A stretch of DNA of 64,000 bases from an uncultured Acidobacteriota bacterium. Its GTDB lineage: Bacteria; Acidobacteriota; Blastocatellia; RBC074. Numbering within the stretch: the stretch's first letter is position 1; every line of letters begins with the position of its first letter. The notes beneath the pieces are model-generated. The model was not told the origin of the DNA. It made no database searches and saw nothing but the letters and a program-made list of their open reading frames with translations. A program made the translations under genes and the position numbers. Of the stretch, positions 10,362 to 23,578 are shown piece by piece. The stretch is from NCBI GenBank assembly GCA_963796275.1, contig CAWCKY010000007.1:320001-384000 (forward strand). Reading direction: 5' to 3'.

Positions 10362-11660
10362 TTACCGGGCCCAATTTACACTTTCGGCTCTCGCCTCCGG
10401 GGCGGTAATGTTTTTATACGCCTTCCCGTCTTTCATAATCACAACGAAGTTCTTCGCCGGGTCCTCTATCAGCTTGAGATTGGCGATCGGATCACCTTCC
10501 ACCAGCAGCAGGTCAGCCAAGGCGCCTTCTTCGACCACCCCCAATTTACCGGGATACGGATTGCGCATGCCAGGCAGGCACAATAATTCGCCGTTCGTGG
10601 CTGTTGCCATGGTCAGCACTTCCGGTGGATTGTACCAGCGCGTGAGCTTGACCAATTGCGCGCCCTGACGATCGGCGAGTGCTTTCGAAAACAGTATGTC
10701 GCTACCGAAGGCCGTCTTGAGCTTATACTTCTTGGCCAGTGTGTATGCGTTGTCCGTCCCCGCAAACATCTCCAATTGCTTCGCCCGGTTCGGCGAGTCG
10801 GCTGGAAAAGGAAAGGCGTCCTCATCGTTTAGGAATGGTTGAATGCTGAGCCAGATGCCCTTGTCCGCCATCAGCCTCGCGGTCGCCTCGTCCAAGAGCT
10901 GGCCGTGTTCGATGCATTTGACGCCGGCAGCAACCGCCCGCTGAATTGCGATGGACATGTACGCATGCACCGTCACATACGTGCCCCAGTTCTCCGCCGC
11001 CTCCACCGCTGCGCGCAATTCGGACTCGGTAAAGGTCGAAATGTCGAGTGGACAGTGAGGCGAAGCGATGCCCCCTCCCGCCGTCAACTTGATCTGCGAT
11101 GCGCCTAACAGAAGCTGCTCGCGCACGCGCACCCTGACCTCATCTGGGCTGTCGGCGATCATGGTGCCCCCAATCTGCTCCATGTGCGTGAGCTGGCCGC
11201 CAATTACTCTCGGCACTTCGAAGCGCTGACGAAAGTCGCCGTGCCCGCCGGTAACGGAAATCATGGCACCGGAAGGATGAATGCGCGGGCCCACGACTAT
11301 GCCCTCGTCAATGGCCCGTTTGAGCCCAAACGCGGGTCCACCCATGTCGCGCACACTAGTAAAGCCACGCATCAGCGTATTGGCGGCTTCCTGCGCTGCG
11401 AGGAGGTTGAGGTATCCGATGTCCGCGGTCATCGTCGTGTTGACCGAGGCCCCCGCCATCATCGCATGCCAGTGTGCGTCAATCAGGCCTGGCATCAGCG
11501 TCCGCCCAGCTCCATTGATAATGAGTGTATTGTCGCTTCGATCTACTGAAATCAATGCGGTCGATATTTTCTCGATCTTGTTGCCGCGTACCAGGACGTT
11601 GGTGGGCTCTGAGAGCCGCGTTGACTTGCCATCGAATACACGGACGTTCTCGAAAAGCAT
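10362..11660 (-). CDS. Metal-dependent amidohydrolase (Xaa-Pro dipeptidase-like)
   Basis: PGLIDAHWH, GFTSVRDMGG, VTVHAY, CIEHG, AFGSD, GALADLLLV. Confidence 0.9.
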   Translation of the reverse strand: MLFENVRVFDGKSTRLSEPTNVLVRGNKIEKISTALISVDRSDNTLIINGAGRTLMPGLIDAHWHAMMAGASVNTTMTADIGYLNLLAAQEAANTLMRGFTSVRDMGGPAFGLKRAIDEGIVVGPRIHPSGAMISVTGGHGDFRQRFEVPRVIGGQLTHMEQIGGTMIADSPDEVRVRVREQLLLGASQIKLTAGGGIASPHCPLDISTFTESELRAAVEAAENWGTYVTVHAYMSIAIQRAVAAGVKCIEHGQLLDEATARLMADKGIWLSIQPFLNDEDAFPFPADSPNRAKQLEMFAGTDNAYTLAKKYKLKTAFGSDILFSKALADRQGAQLVKLTRWYNPPEVLTMATATNGELLCLPGMRNPYPGKLGVVEEGALADLLLVEGDPIANLKLIEDPAKNFVVIMKDGKAYKNITAPEARAESVNWAR

Positions 11661-12273
11661 AGAATTCCTTCGAGGAGAGCATCAAATTTTAGAGAGGATT
11701 TAGCGCTGTAATTGTCAGCGTTGGGTAGCTCAGGTTAATTGCGGGAGGTTATTGTTAATTTGTAAGCTTTGACATTCGAAATTACTATTCAAAAATAATC
11801 GATTATTGTCTTTGAATCAATCGCTGGCAGCGATCCGCTCCAACGCGCTTTGCTTGGGAGAGCTGGACATCAATGTTCTGATCATCAGCGCTCCCTTTCG
11901 AACTGGCCGATTTTGCTCGACAGTTTTACCCTTTTAGCGCAACGAAACTGTAACAAAATATTGATAAGTTAGAGGCATGTTGAAGAAGTAATTGCCAGCG
12001 TGCGTTCTCTTTTCGCGTCAGTATTAGCGGCCTTAACTAGACCAGCCACCGCAATAACTCGGATCAAATGACGGAAAACTAAAAATCAGAAAAGCTGAAA
12101 CTTTCATATGTGAAGATATCATCTTATAATCTTGAAATGCATTTAAATGCTGTTTAATATAACAGCGATTTACCACACCAGGACTCTCAGGCGCTTTGTA
12201 TTGATAACTCAGTAATATATATGACAGGGCAAACGATCCCGGCTTCCCGGCTTCGCTGGAATGGAGACTCGCA

Positions 12274-12951
12274 ATGAGCAACAAAGTTCTAGATCTGATT
12301 CAACCGATATCCAAGAAAGATCAGGTTGTCGCGGCGATCAAAGATGCCATTCTTTCCGGAACGATTCATCCCGGCGATCAAATCGTTGAGAGCAGGATCG
12401 CGCAGCAGCTGGGCGCGGGAATTCCATTGGTGCGCGAGGCGCTCATCGAGTTGGAATATCAGGGGTATGTTCAGAAGACTCCATACAAGGGTACTTCGGT
12501 CACCAAGCTGAATACGAAAGACGTCGAGAAGATATTCCGGCTGCGGGTCGAGCTCGAACCCCTGGCGATCGAATGGGCGAAAGAGCACATGACTGAGGCG
12601 GACATCGCCGAGCTTCGTGCGATGGTCGAGAGGATGGAACGGGCAGCAAAGGAGCTGGATCTAAATCAATTTTACGAGAACGATCTGGCGTTCCACCGCA
12701 AGCTCTGGGCGCTTTCGGACAATTCATATCTGGCCGATGCGCTTGAACGGATAGTCGCTCCGCTCTTCGCCTTTTTCGTCATGAAGACGACGCGCCAGCG
12801 CGAGTCCTATATCGAAAGCGCGGCTTTACACGCAAAGCTCGTCGATGCGCTACCCAAAACGAACGCGTCCGGACTTCGCAAACTGATGCGCGAATCGCTC
12901 GCGGGTTGGCGTGATGATATGTTGAAATTACTCTTCCTCACAGACCAATGA
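12274..12951 (+). CDS. GntR (FadR/FCD) transcriptional regulator
   Basis: N-terminal wHTH (PLVREALIELE) and FCD domain (NDLAFHRKL). Confidence 0.9.
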   Translation: MSNKVLDLIQPISKKDQVVAAIKDAILSGTIHPGDQIVESRIAQQLGAGIPLVREALIELEYQGYVQKTPYKGTSVTKLNTKDVEKIFRLRVELEPLAIEWAKEHMTEADIAELRAMVERMERAAKELDLNQFYENDLAFHRKLWALSDNSYLADALERIVAPLFAFFVMKTTRQRESYIESAALHAKLVDALPKTNASGLRKLMRESLAGWRDDMLKLLFLTDQ

Positions 12952-12952
12952 T

Positions 12953-14446
12953 ATGACCGAGAGCGCGCTGCTTCGTGCCATTGACGTCACCAAGTCCTTT
13001 GCCGGTGTGCAGGCGTTGAGGAGCGCTTCTTTCGAGCTGCGCGCCGGCGAAGTGCACGCGCTGGTGGGGGAGAACGGCGCGGGCAAATCCACCCTCATCA
13101 AGATCATCACCGGCGCCATCGAAGCCGAGGGCGGCCAGATCATTCTCAATGGGCAGACGATCACTCACAATAACCCGCGAATCGCCCGCTCTCTGGGGAT
13201 AGCGGCGATCTATCAACAACCTGCGCTGTTCCCTGAATTGACGGTGGCGGAGAACATCGCGCTCGGGCTGGAAAGGGCGAGTCTTTGGCGCACCGTCGAT
13301 TGGAATCGCCGCCGCCGCCGTGCCAGAGAGCTGCTCACACAGGTGGGGGCGAAGATAGACCCCGATGATTATGCCGGCGACTTGACGATGCCGCAGCAGC
13401 AGCTGGTAGAGATCGCCCGCGCAGTGGGAGCGGATTCGCAAGTGCTCATCATGGATGAGCCGACGGCTTCGCTATCGGAAGGTGAGACGCAGAATCTCTA
13501 TCGCGTGATCAACGACCTCCGCGCGCGAGGCGCCGGGATCATATACATCTCACATAGACTGGAAGAATTGGCGTCGATTGCCGATCGGGTGACGGTGCTG
13601 CGCGATGGGCGTACGATCGCCACCCATCCGATACAGGTGATCAGCCGGCAGGAGCTGATTCATCTGATGGTGGGGCGCGAGCTATCCGCAGTCTTCCCCA
13701 AGAGGAAGGTTGGAATCGGCGAGGTAGTCCTCGAACTTCGCAATCTATGTTGCTCGACCTCGGGGATCAGAGATGTGAATCTCACCGTCAGGGAAGGGGA
13801 GATCGTCGGTCTCGCGGGGATGGTCGGCGCCGGACGCACGGAATTGGCGTGCGCGATTTTCGGCTTGTCTCCGGCCGATGGCGGAGAGATTCTTCTGCGC
13901 GGAAGGAGCATCACCATCGACAACCCGGCGCGAGCGATCGAAAACGGCATCGCATATGTCCCCGAGGACCGGAGGCGACACGGCGTTATTCTGGACCTGC
14001 CGATAAGCGCCAATATCACGCTCGCAACCCTCGATAGACTTGCGCATTTCGGCGCGCTCGATTTCCAGCGCGAAGTCGAGATCGCCGCCGATTACGCGAA
14101 GCGGTTTTCCATAAAGACGCCCGCGATATTCGCTCCCGCAGCTACGCTGTCGGGCGGGAATCAGCAGAAAGTCGCGCTGAGCCGATGGATGGCGACCAAA
14201 CCATCATTGTTGATTCTCGATGAACCGACTCAGGGAATCGATGTGGGCGCGAAATCGGAGATCCACCGGTTGATGGGCGATCTTGCGGCCGAGGGGATGG
14301 CGATCCTCATGATCTCTTCGGAATTGCCCGAGGTACTCGGAATGAGCGACCGCGTCGCGGTGATGCGCGGGGGGACGATAGCCGGGATACTGGATCGCGC
14401 CGAAGCGACTCAACCGGATGTTCTGGCGCTGGCGCTCGGACATTGA
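12953..14446 (+). CDS. Sugar ABC transporter ATP-binding protein (CUT2, RbsA/RhaT-like)
   Basis: GENGAGKSTL, two NBD halves, LSGGNQQK, DEPTQGIDVGAK. Confidence 0.93.
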   Translation: MTESALLRAIDVTKSFAGVQALRSASFELRAGEVHALVGENGAGKSTLIKIITGAIEAEGGQIILNGQTITHNNPRIARSLGIAAIYQQPALFPELTVAENIALGLERASLWRTVDWNRRRRRARELLTQVGAKIDPDDYAGDLTMPQQQLVEIARAVGADSQVLIMDEPTASLSEGETQNLYRVINDLRARGAGIIYISHRLEELASIADRVTVLRDGRTIATHPIQVISRQELIHLMVGRELSAVFPKRKVGIGEVVLELRNLCCSTSGIRDVNLTVREGEIVGLAGMVGAGRTELACAIFGLSPADGGEILLRGRSITIDNPARAIENGIAYVPEDRRRHGVILDLPISANITLATLDRLAHFGALDFQREVEIAADYAKRFSIKTPAIFAPAATLSGGNQQKVALSRWMATKPSLLILDEPTQGIDVGAKSEIHRLMGDLAAEGMAILMISSELPEVLGMSDRVAVMRGGTIAGILDRAEATQPDVLALALGH

Positions 14447-14540
14447 ATATGTGACGCAACCACGTGAGAGGCTGATTCCGCGCGTTTAGACAGTCGGGAA
14501 AAGCCGGATGCTGATCAAAATCCGGTGCGCGGCAGCAGAT

Positions 14541-15542
14541 ATGAGAACTGATTTCAACAAACTAAGCCGCTATAAACGCGAAATCTCCGCGGCCCTGGCA
14601 TTCGCCGCGCTGTTGATCGCTGCCGGCATTATCTCGCCTTCATTCTTCAGCGCCGGCAACCTGCGCGACCTGGTAATGAATAATACCTCGGTCCTTATCA
14701 TTGCGGTCGGAATGACGCTCGTCATTCTGTCCGGACAGATCGATATCTCTACCGGTTCGCAATTCGCCGTATGCAGCGTGATCGCCGGAGCGCTCGCAAA
14801 GTCCGGGATGCCCATGACGTTCGTCCTGCTCTGCGCGGTTGTTATCGGAGGATTCTTGGGATCGGTCAACGGATTTTTTATCGCGTACTTGCGGATGCCC
14901 GCGATCGTCGTGACGCTGGCGATGCTCGTAGCCTGGCGCGATGGATTACGTTGGATCACCGAAGGCGCATGGGTTCAGGACCTGCCGGACGACTTTCAAT
15001 GGTTCGGACTCGGGCAGGCAACCGGGCAATGGTTGATCGCCGCCATCGCTTTGCTGGTGCTTTTGTTCTTCGGTTGGGCGCTCGCGAAGTTACGAGCCGG
15101 CCGTGCGATCTATGCGACGGGATCGGATGCTGAAGCGGCCCGGCTGGCGGGCATCGAACCGCAGCGCGTCATTTTCAGCGTATTCATTCTGATGGGCGCT
15201 CTCACCGGCCTCGCTGCCATGCTCAACGCCGTGCGGTTCTCCTCGGTCCCGAGCAATGCCGGTCTCGGACTAGAACTGAAAGCGATTGCCGCGGTTGTGG
15301 TCGGGGGGACGGCGATCACTGGCGGTCGTGGCACCCTCATCGGGACTTTGATAGGCGTTGCGTTACTCGGCACCATAGGCACGGCTTTGACCTTCGCCGG
15401 CATCAATCCATTTTGGGAAAAAGCGATACAGGGAGCGATCATCCTGGCTGCGCTGGTAACCGACATCGCGCTGGGAGGCTTGAATCGGTTGAGGATCGCG
15501 AATCGCGCCTTGCAGATCGAGGAGGTTGAAAGGGTCAAGTGA
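14541..15542 (+). CDS. Sugar ABC transporter permease (RbsC/RhaP-like)
   Basis: GQIDIS, GLELKAIAAVVVGG; hydrophobic; start at ATG 14541 is uncertain. Confidence 0.88.
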   Translation: MRTDFNKLSRYKREISAALAFAALLIAAGIISPSFFSAGNLRDLVMNNTSVLIIAVGMTLVILSGQIDISTGSQFAVCSVIAGALAKSGMPMTFVLLCAVVIGGFLGSVNGFFIAYLRMPAIVVTLAMLVAWRDGLRWITEGAWVQDLPDDFQWFGLGQATGQWLIAAIALLVLLFFGWALAKLRAGRAIYATGSDAEAARLAGIEPQRVIFSVFILMGALTGLAAMLNAVRFSSVPSNAGLGLELKAIAAVVVGGTAITGGRGTLIGTLIGVALLGTIGTALTFAGINPFWEKAIQGAIILAALVTDIALGGLNRLRIANRALQIEEVERVK

Positions 15543-17695
15543 ATCCGGCTATTCCGCAATCTGCCATACGTGATCCGCAATTAGTCGCCAACTGGCGCAA
15601 GCGTATCTTTCCCAATCAGGAATGGGCTCTCCTGCTGGTGCTGTTCTTCGAATGCACCATATTCAGCATTACGGGCAGCAACTTTCTGAGTCAGGAGAAT
15701 GCATTCGAAATCACGCGATTGGGCGTAGAGATCGGGTTGTTGGCGCTGGCGCTCACGCCAATCATCATTACAGGCGGGATCGATCTCTCGGTCGGATCGA
15801 TGATGGGACTCTCGGCTGTCGTATTCGGCAGTTTGTGGCGCGATGCGCATCTGCCGCTCTCGCTGGCGATCGCCATCACGCTGCTGGTGGGTCTAATCGG
15901 AGGCGCGCTCAATGCCTTGATCATCACGCGCTTGAAACTGCCGCCCCTGATCGTCACCCTCGGCACGTTTTCGCTCTTCCGCGGCATAGCGGAGGGCGTA
16001 ACGCGCGGCATCGAAAACTATTACGGTTTTCCGCCTAACTTTCTGTTTCTCGGTCAGGGCTACATTCTAGATGTCATTCCCTCGCAATTATTTATCCTGC
16101 TAGCCGCGATCGCCGGGGTATGGTGGTTGCTTCATCGCACGATCTATGGGCGAAGCCTGTACGCGATAGGCTTCTCCGCCGAAGGTGCGCGTTACGCGGG
16201 GATACCCGTCGGGCGCAGGATATGCGTTATCTACATTCTATCGGGGATTGCCGCGAGCCTGGCGGCCGTCATCTACGTCGCGCATCTGGGACAGGCGAAG
16301 TCCGATGCTGGGACAGGCTATGAGCTGATGGCGATCACAGCAGTCGTACTCGGAGGGGCATCGATCTTCGGCGGGCGCGGCACTGTGCTGGGTTCGGTGC
16401 TGGGATTGTTTGCGATTGTGATTCTGCAAAACGGTCTTAGATTGAGCGCGATGCGCGCTGAACTGGCGGGAATACTCACCGGGTTGCTGTTGCTCATCAC
16501 AATAGCCATCGATCGCTTCACCAGGCAAAGCGCGGCGGGAGCGAGCGCAACATCGGGCGACGGGATCTCGGATGTAGATCATTTATCGCAATCAGAGGCG
16601 CGAGATCGCGCGCTCTTCGAGGAGACTGAAGTGAAGAATTCACAAGTGGCAGTATTGAGCGCCGTGATTCTGGGCGCCGCCTTGATTATAGCGGGCAGCA
16701 ATTGGGCGCTCGTGCGCTCGCTCAAACAGGAATTGGCGAATACCCGGGTCGGCGGAGAATCCGAATCGACGAAAACCGCTTCGGCGACGGGCCAGATTCA
16801 GGTAGCGATGATGCCCAAGGCGAAAGGCGATCCTTACTTCATCAGTTGCCGGCAGGGCGCAGAAGATGCTGCGCGGGAACTGGGCGTCGATCTGTTGTGG
16901 GATGGTCCGACGGATCTCGATCCGGCGAAACAGAACGAAGTAGTCGAGGCTTGGATCACGCGCGGGGTGGATGTCATCGCCGTGAGCGTGGAAAATCAGG
17001 CGGCAATCTCGACGGTGCTGCGCAAGGCCCGTGCGCGGGGCATCCACGTCATCACCTGGGATGCCGATTCGGAGAGGGACGCGCGCGACTTCCTCATCAA
17101 TCAAGCCACGCCGCAGGGGATCGGTTATACCTTGACCGATGAGGCCGCGCGGATACTCAATGGGAGAGGCGAGTTCGCCATCATCACGGCTTCCGTGAGC
17201 GCGGCCAATCAGAACCAGTGGATAAAACACATCGAAGCGAGGCTCGCCGAAAAATACCCGAATATCAAGCTCGTCACCATTAAACCGAGCGACGGAGACC
17301 GCGACCGCGCATTCGCTGAAACGCAGACGGTGCTGAAAGTATTTCCCAATGTGAAACTGATCATGGCAATTGCGGCTCCCGCCGTTCCCGGAGCTGCCGA
17401 GGCCGTCAAACAATCGGGTCGCGCGGATGTCAAGGTCACCGGATTGTCATTGCCGAATATGTGTAAGCCGTACGTGGATGCGGGTGTCATCGAGAGCATA
17501 GTTCTTTGGAACACACTCGACCTCGGTTATCTGACCGTCTATGCCGCGAAAGCGTTGAATGATGGTGAACTCAAACGGGGAGTTAAAGAGATATCGGCGG
17601 GGAGATTGGGGAAGCTCGGAGTGGAAGGGGATGAGGTGAGACTAGGCGCGCCTTTTATTTTCAATAAGGCGAATATCGGGCGATTCAATTTTTAG
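15539..17695 (+). CDS. Fused sugar ABC permease + periplasmic binding protein (RhaS/LsrB-like)
   Basis: N-terminal permease (GGIDLSVGS, GYELMAITAVVLGG) in one frame with a binding domain (MMPKAKGDPYF, ITWDAD, NQNQWI, LWNTLDLGY). Confidence 0.88.
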   Translation: MNPAIPQSAIRDPQLVANWRKRIFPNQEWALLLVLFFECTIFSITGSNFLSQENAFEITRLGVEIGLLALALTPIIITGGIDLSVGSMMGLSAVVFGSLWRDAHLPLSLAIAITLLVGLIGGALNALIITRLKLPPLIVTLGTFSLFRGIAEGVTRGIENYYGFPPNFLFLGQGYILDVIPSQLFILLAAIAGVWWLLHRTIYGRSLYAIGFSAEGARYAGIPVGRRICVIYILSGIAASLAAVIYVAHLGQAKSDAGTGYELMAITAVVLGGASIFGGRGTVLGSVLGLFAIVILQNGLRLSAMRAELAGILTGLLLLITIAIDRFTRQSAAGASATSGDGISDVDHLSQSEARDRALFEETEVKNSQVAVLSAVILGAALIIAGSNWALVRSLKQELANTRVGGESESTKTASATGQIQVAMMPKAKGDPYFISCRQGAEDAARELGVDLLWDGPTDLDPAKQNEVVEAWITRGVDVIAVSVENQAAISTVLRKARARGIHVITWDADSERDARDFLINQATPQGIGYTLTDEAARILNGRGEFAIITASVSAANQNQWIKHIEARLAEKYPNIKLVTIKPSDGDRDRAFAETQTVLKVFPNVKLIMAIAAPAVPGAAEAVKQSGRADVKVTGLSLPNMCKPYVDAGVIESIVLWNTLDLGYLTVYAAKALNDGELKRGVKEISAGRLGKLGVEGDEVRLGAPFIFNKANIGRFNF

Positions 17696-17808
17696 CGTGC
17701 CGTTCAGTGCTGCAATAAGTCGTCGGCTCTTTCCCGAGCTGGAACCTCTGCCGCCTGGTTTTTGTGCATGCGCTGTCGTGAGGGAGCAACCCTGTTACAT
17801 CGCAGACC

Positions 17809-20653
<2,845 letters not shown>

Positions 20654-20875
20654 TTAAAAGTCCTCATTAGCCAAAGGGGCATGGCGTTACTAAATTATGC
20701 TAAATATTGAAGACTAGTCAATGATGAGTTAGGAGGGAGAGCAATCAAATGGCGAATGGGAGAGCCATTACCTGGTCAGAAGGAAAATACGAAACAGGCG
20801 AAGCCAAGGGAAGATTAAAAATTTCCATTCGGATCATCTTAACGTTCGTTTCGTATTCTCTTTTCCGACTCATCA

Positions 20876-22705
20876 TTACTTCAATTCGGTCGAAATCCCT
20901 AATGGTTTGGGGAGAAGGACCTTCCAGGATGAGAGCGATTGTTTATAACCTTCAATAGCCTTCTCTTTGTTACCGAGGGCCAGGTTAACGCCTGAGAGTA
21001 GAGCGAGTGTTGAGGCCACGCGACCGCGATCTCCGACCTTCTGCCAGATCGCCAATGATTCCTCCAAATTCTCCCGCGCTTTCTCTCTATCTTTGAGAGA
21101 AGCATGAATCTCGCCCAGACTAGTGAGCGTACCGGCGATGCGAACCTGGTCGTTGAGTTCTCGCGCGACGGCCAGTGACTGTTGATAATAATTCAGTGAA
21201 ACATCCGGCTTCTCGAGGGACTTATATACCAGTCCGAGATTGCCTAGTGTAACGGCCTCGCCTCTTTTATCGGCGACGGCGCGGCGCAATTCGAGAGCCT
21301 GCGTGTAAGAATCGAGCGCGCGCGGTATGTCTTTGAGGGTGAAGTAAATCCCACCCAGGCTGTTAAGCGTGAAGCTCTCTCCCCGTTTGTCCTTGCTCAA
21401 CCGCCGAAGCGGCAGTGCTGCGAGATAATACTTCAATGCGAGTTCGGTGCGGCCGAGAGAGGCATGCAGCGCAGCGATATCGCTCAAGGTAGTCGCCTCG
21501 CTGCTACGGTCATTGATGCTGTCCCAGAGAGGCAGCGCTTTTGTATAAAACTCGAGAGCGCGCTCCTTTTGTCCGGTCGTATCGGCGACAAAACCCAGGT
21601 TGCTGATGGTGACCGCTTCACCGCGTTTATCGCCGACTGCCTGCCACAGAGGCAAAGCGCGCTGAAAGTACTCAGACGCCTCTTTGAATTGCCCGTTGCG
21701 CGCAATGAGGCTTCCCATCGCATTGAGCAGTGTAGCCTCACCAGTCTTATCGTCGCCACTTCTCAGACGCAAAACGGCCTGTTCGTAAATCTCGAGCGCT
21801 TTCTTCGCCTGTCCCTGCTCCTCGTAAACTTTACCCAGGTTGTAGAGAGCCGTCGCCTCGCCCGTGTTCGATCCCAGGTTTGTTGCCCTTATCAAGCCCG
21901 AGGTCTTTACGATCAAACGCGCCTGATTGAAATAGCTTTCGGCCTGTTTCTTCTCACCGGCGGCATTATATATGCGGCCGAGTTGCGTCAAAACCGATGT
22001 TTCGTTGCTGCGGTCTCCGGCGGCACGCCAGAGGGGTAGAGATTGCTGGTAATAATTAATCGCCATCTGGCGGTCGCCGAGGCTATCTGAAACGGCGCCG
22101 AGCTGTGTGAGCCCGTTGGCGATCTCAGCCGGGTTGCTATAGCTACCCGCCGCCCGCCAATAGCGCAAGGCGTCTTCGTATTTCATCACTGCCGACCGCA
22201 GCGAGTTGGGTGTGCCTACGGCGCGCAGACTTTCGGCCTCTTTCCATCTCTGTACGGCAATGTTGCGATACTTCTCGGGCGAAAGCGCCGGCCGGCCCGA
22301 TTCGAGACTCGCTTCGAGATACATATCGCCCGGCACGTTGATGCGGTAGGAGTATTCGTAAAAACCTTCGAGGGAAGTCCCGACGAGTTGCGGCACGATA
22401 ACGCGGAACGATTTATTGGCGAGAACTGAAAGCTCAGCCGGGATCGTCGCAGAGCGCAACCGCACTTTCTTTTTATTATTGTTATTCTTGGGCTCGGCCG
22501 TTCTGGATTGCCTGACTGCCGGACGCCCAATTTTTTCCGTCTGCATCACCGAGGCCGTTTGGCCGGATCGCTCGGTTTGCCCCGTTTGCCCCGTTTGAGC
22601 CGAGGTCGTTACGGGAAAGCAGATAAAGCAGATAATGAAGGACAGGAACAGAGGTCTGTAAGATTCTAGCACTGTTCGACCTCGATTTGCGTCATCGATG
22701 ATCAT
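20876..22705 (-). CDS. Tetratricopeptide repeat protein
   Basis: About 10 TPRs of the 'ALPLWRAAGDR..EA.TL..LG' type; hydrophobic N-terminal segment; start moved to ATG 22705 because the longer start lies in a heptamer repeat. Confidence 0.8.
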   Translation of the reverse strand: MIIDDANRGRTVLESYRPLFLSFIICFICFPVTTSAQTGQTGQTERSGQTASVMQTEKIGRPAVRQSRTAEPKNNNNKKKVRLRSATIPAELSVLANKSFRVIVPQLVGTSLEGFYEYSYRINVPGDMYLEASLESGRPALSPEKYRNIAVQRWKEAESLRAVGTPNSLRSAVMKYEDALRYWRAAGSYSNPAEIANGLTQLGAVSDSLGDRQMAINYYQQSLPLWRAAGDRSNETSVLTQLGRIYNAAGEKKQAESYFNQARLIVKTSGLIRATNLGSNTGEATALYNLGKVYEEQGQAKKALEIYEQAVLRLRSGDDKTGEATLLNAMGSLIARNGQFKEASEYFQRALPLWQAVGDKRGEAVTISNLGFVADTTGQKERALEFYTKALPLWDSINDRSSEATTLSDIAALHASLGRTELALKYYLAALPLRRLSKDKRGESFTLNSLGGIYFTLKDIPRALDSYTQALELRRAVADKRGEAVTLGNLGLVYKSLEKPDVSLNYYQQSLAVARELNDQVRIAGTLTSLGEIHASLKDREKARENLEESLAIWQKVGDRGRVASTLALLSGVNLALGNKEKAIEGYKQSLSSWKVLLPKPLGISTELK

Positions 22706-22840
22706 GTGGTTCAACGGCGTTTCTATCTTCCATTTGCCGTTTGATGATGATCGCCCTTGAATCTGGCGTGGAGAACTCAATGGTTGATATCTTCAAACGA
22801 CAAATGGAAAATCAAAATATGATTCCACCACAACACAATT

Positions 22841-22902
22841 AAGTGCGAAAAAGAACATAAGACGCAGACTTGGATTGTTTGCTTATGCGCTTTTTCGCAC
22901 TC
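22841..22902 (-). terminator. Long hairpin after the OMP gene
   Basis: AAGTGCGAAAAAG-AA-CATAAG ... CTTATG-CG-CTTTTTCGCACTT imperfect inverted repeat 22 nt after the stop codon. Confidence 0.5.
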
Positions 22903-22924
22903 TTCTCAAATCGAAGTTGGTTTG

Positions 22925-23578
22925 TTATTGCTCGCCAAGTTTCAAGATAAATCCGGTGGATGCCCGGAAATTGGCCTGATTCAACTCGGACGAAGCGCCG
23001 TTACGATTACTGAACCTGGTCAGGATGTAATCGGTTTGCAAAAGTCTTACCCCAAGTCTTGAACTGAGGTTGAGATCGACGCCACCGCCAACCACAAATG
23101 CAATACCGGAATCGGATTGATTGATGGTTGAGAGAACGCTGCTGGTGCCGGAAGCGTTCTGGACCTGCACATCCTGGCGCGCCATACCGGCCATGATGTG
23201 GAGGAACGGAGTGAATCTCTCGAATCTGCGGATCGACAGACGCGGGCCCGCCGTAACGATGTAAGCATCACGGTCCAGAAGCTGACCGTTTACCTGTGCA
23301 TCGGTGAAGTGGCCGCTGAATTCCGCCGTGATACCGAGGAAGGAATTGAGGTGGTTCGTGACCGACACGCCGAACCCGTTCAGGTCACGATCAAGTGGAG
23401 CGGTAACAGCCGACGTCGTCGTTCCCGTCGTGCTCGCCACGCTTAATCCGGTAGCATTATCTAAACGCAGATACGAATATCCGCCGAAAATTTCGACCTT
23501 GGGGATTTCATCTTGTTGAGCAGAGGCGATAACGGGCAACGCCAATAGCAGTGCCACGACTAATAGTGATTTTCGCAT
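22925..23578 (-). CDS. Outer membrane beta-barrel protein
   Basis: Signal peptide, PKVEIFGGYSY, GGGVD and amphipathic strands; strong RBS AAAGGAGG. Confidence 0.85.
   Translation of the reverse strand: MRKSLLVVALLLALPVIASAQQDEIPKVEIFGGYSYLRLDNATGLSVASTTGTTTSAVTAPLDRDLNGFGVSVTNHLNSFLGITAEFSGHFTDAQVNGQLLDRDAYIVTAGPRLSIRRFERFTPFLHIMAGMARQDVQVQNASGTSSVLSTINQSDSGIAFVVGGGVDLNLSSRLGVRLLQTDYILTRFSNRNGASSELNQANFRASTGFILKLGEQ

Noticed and set aside
11700-12200. AT-rich stretch as a possible ncRNA or foreign insert
   Set aside because: No convincing structure or repeat found; consistent with a divergent promoter region.
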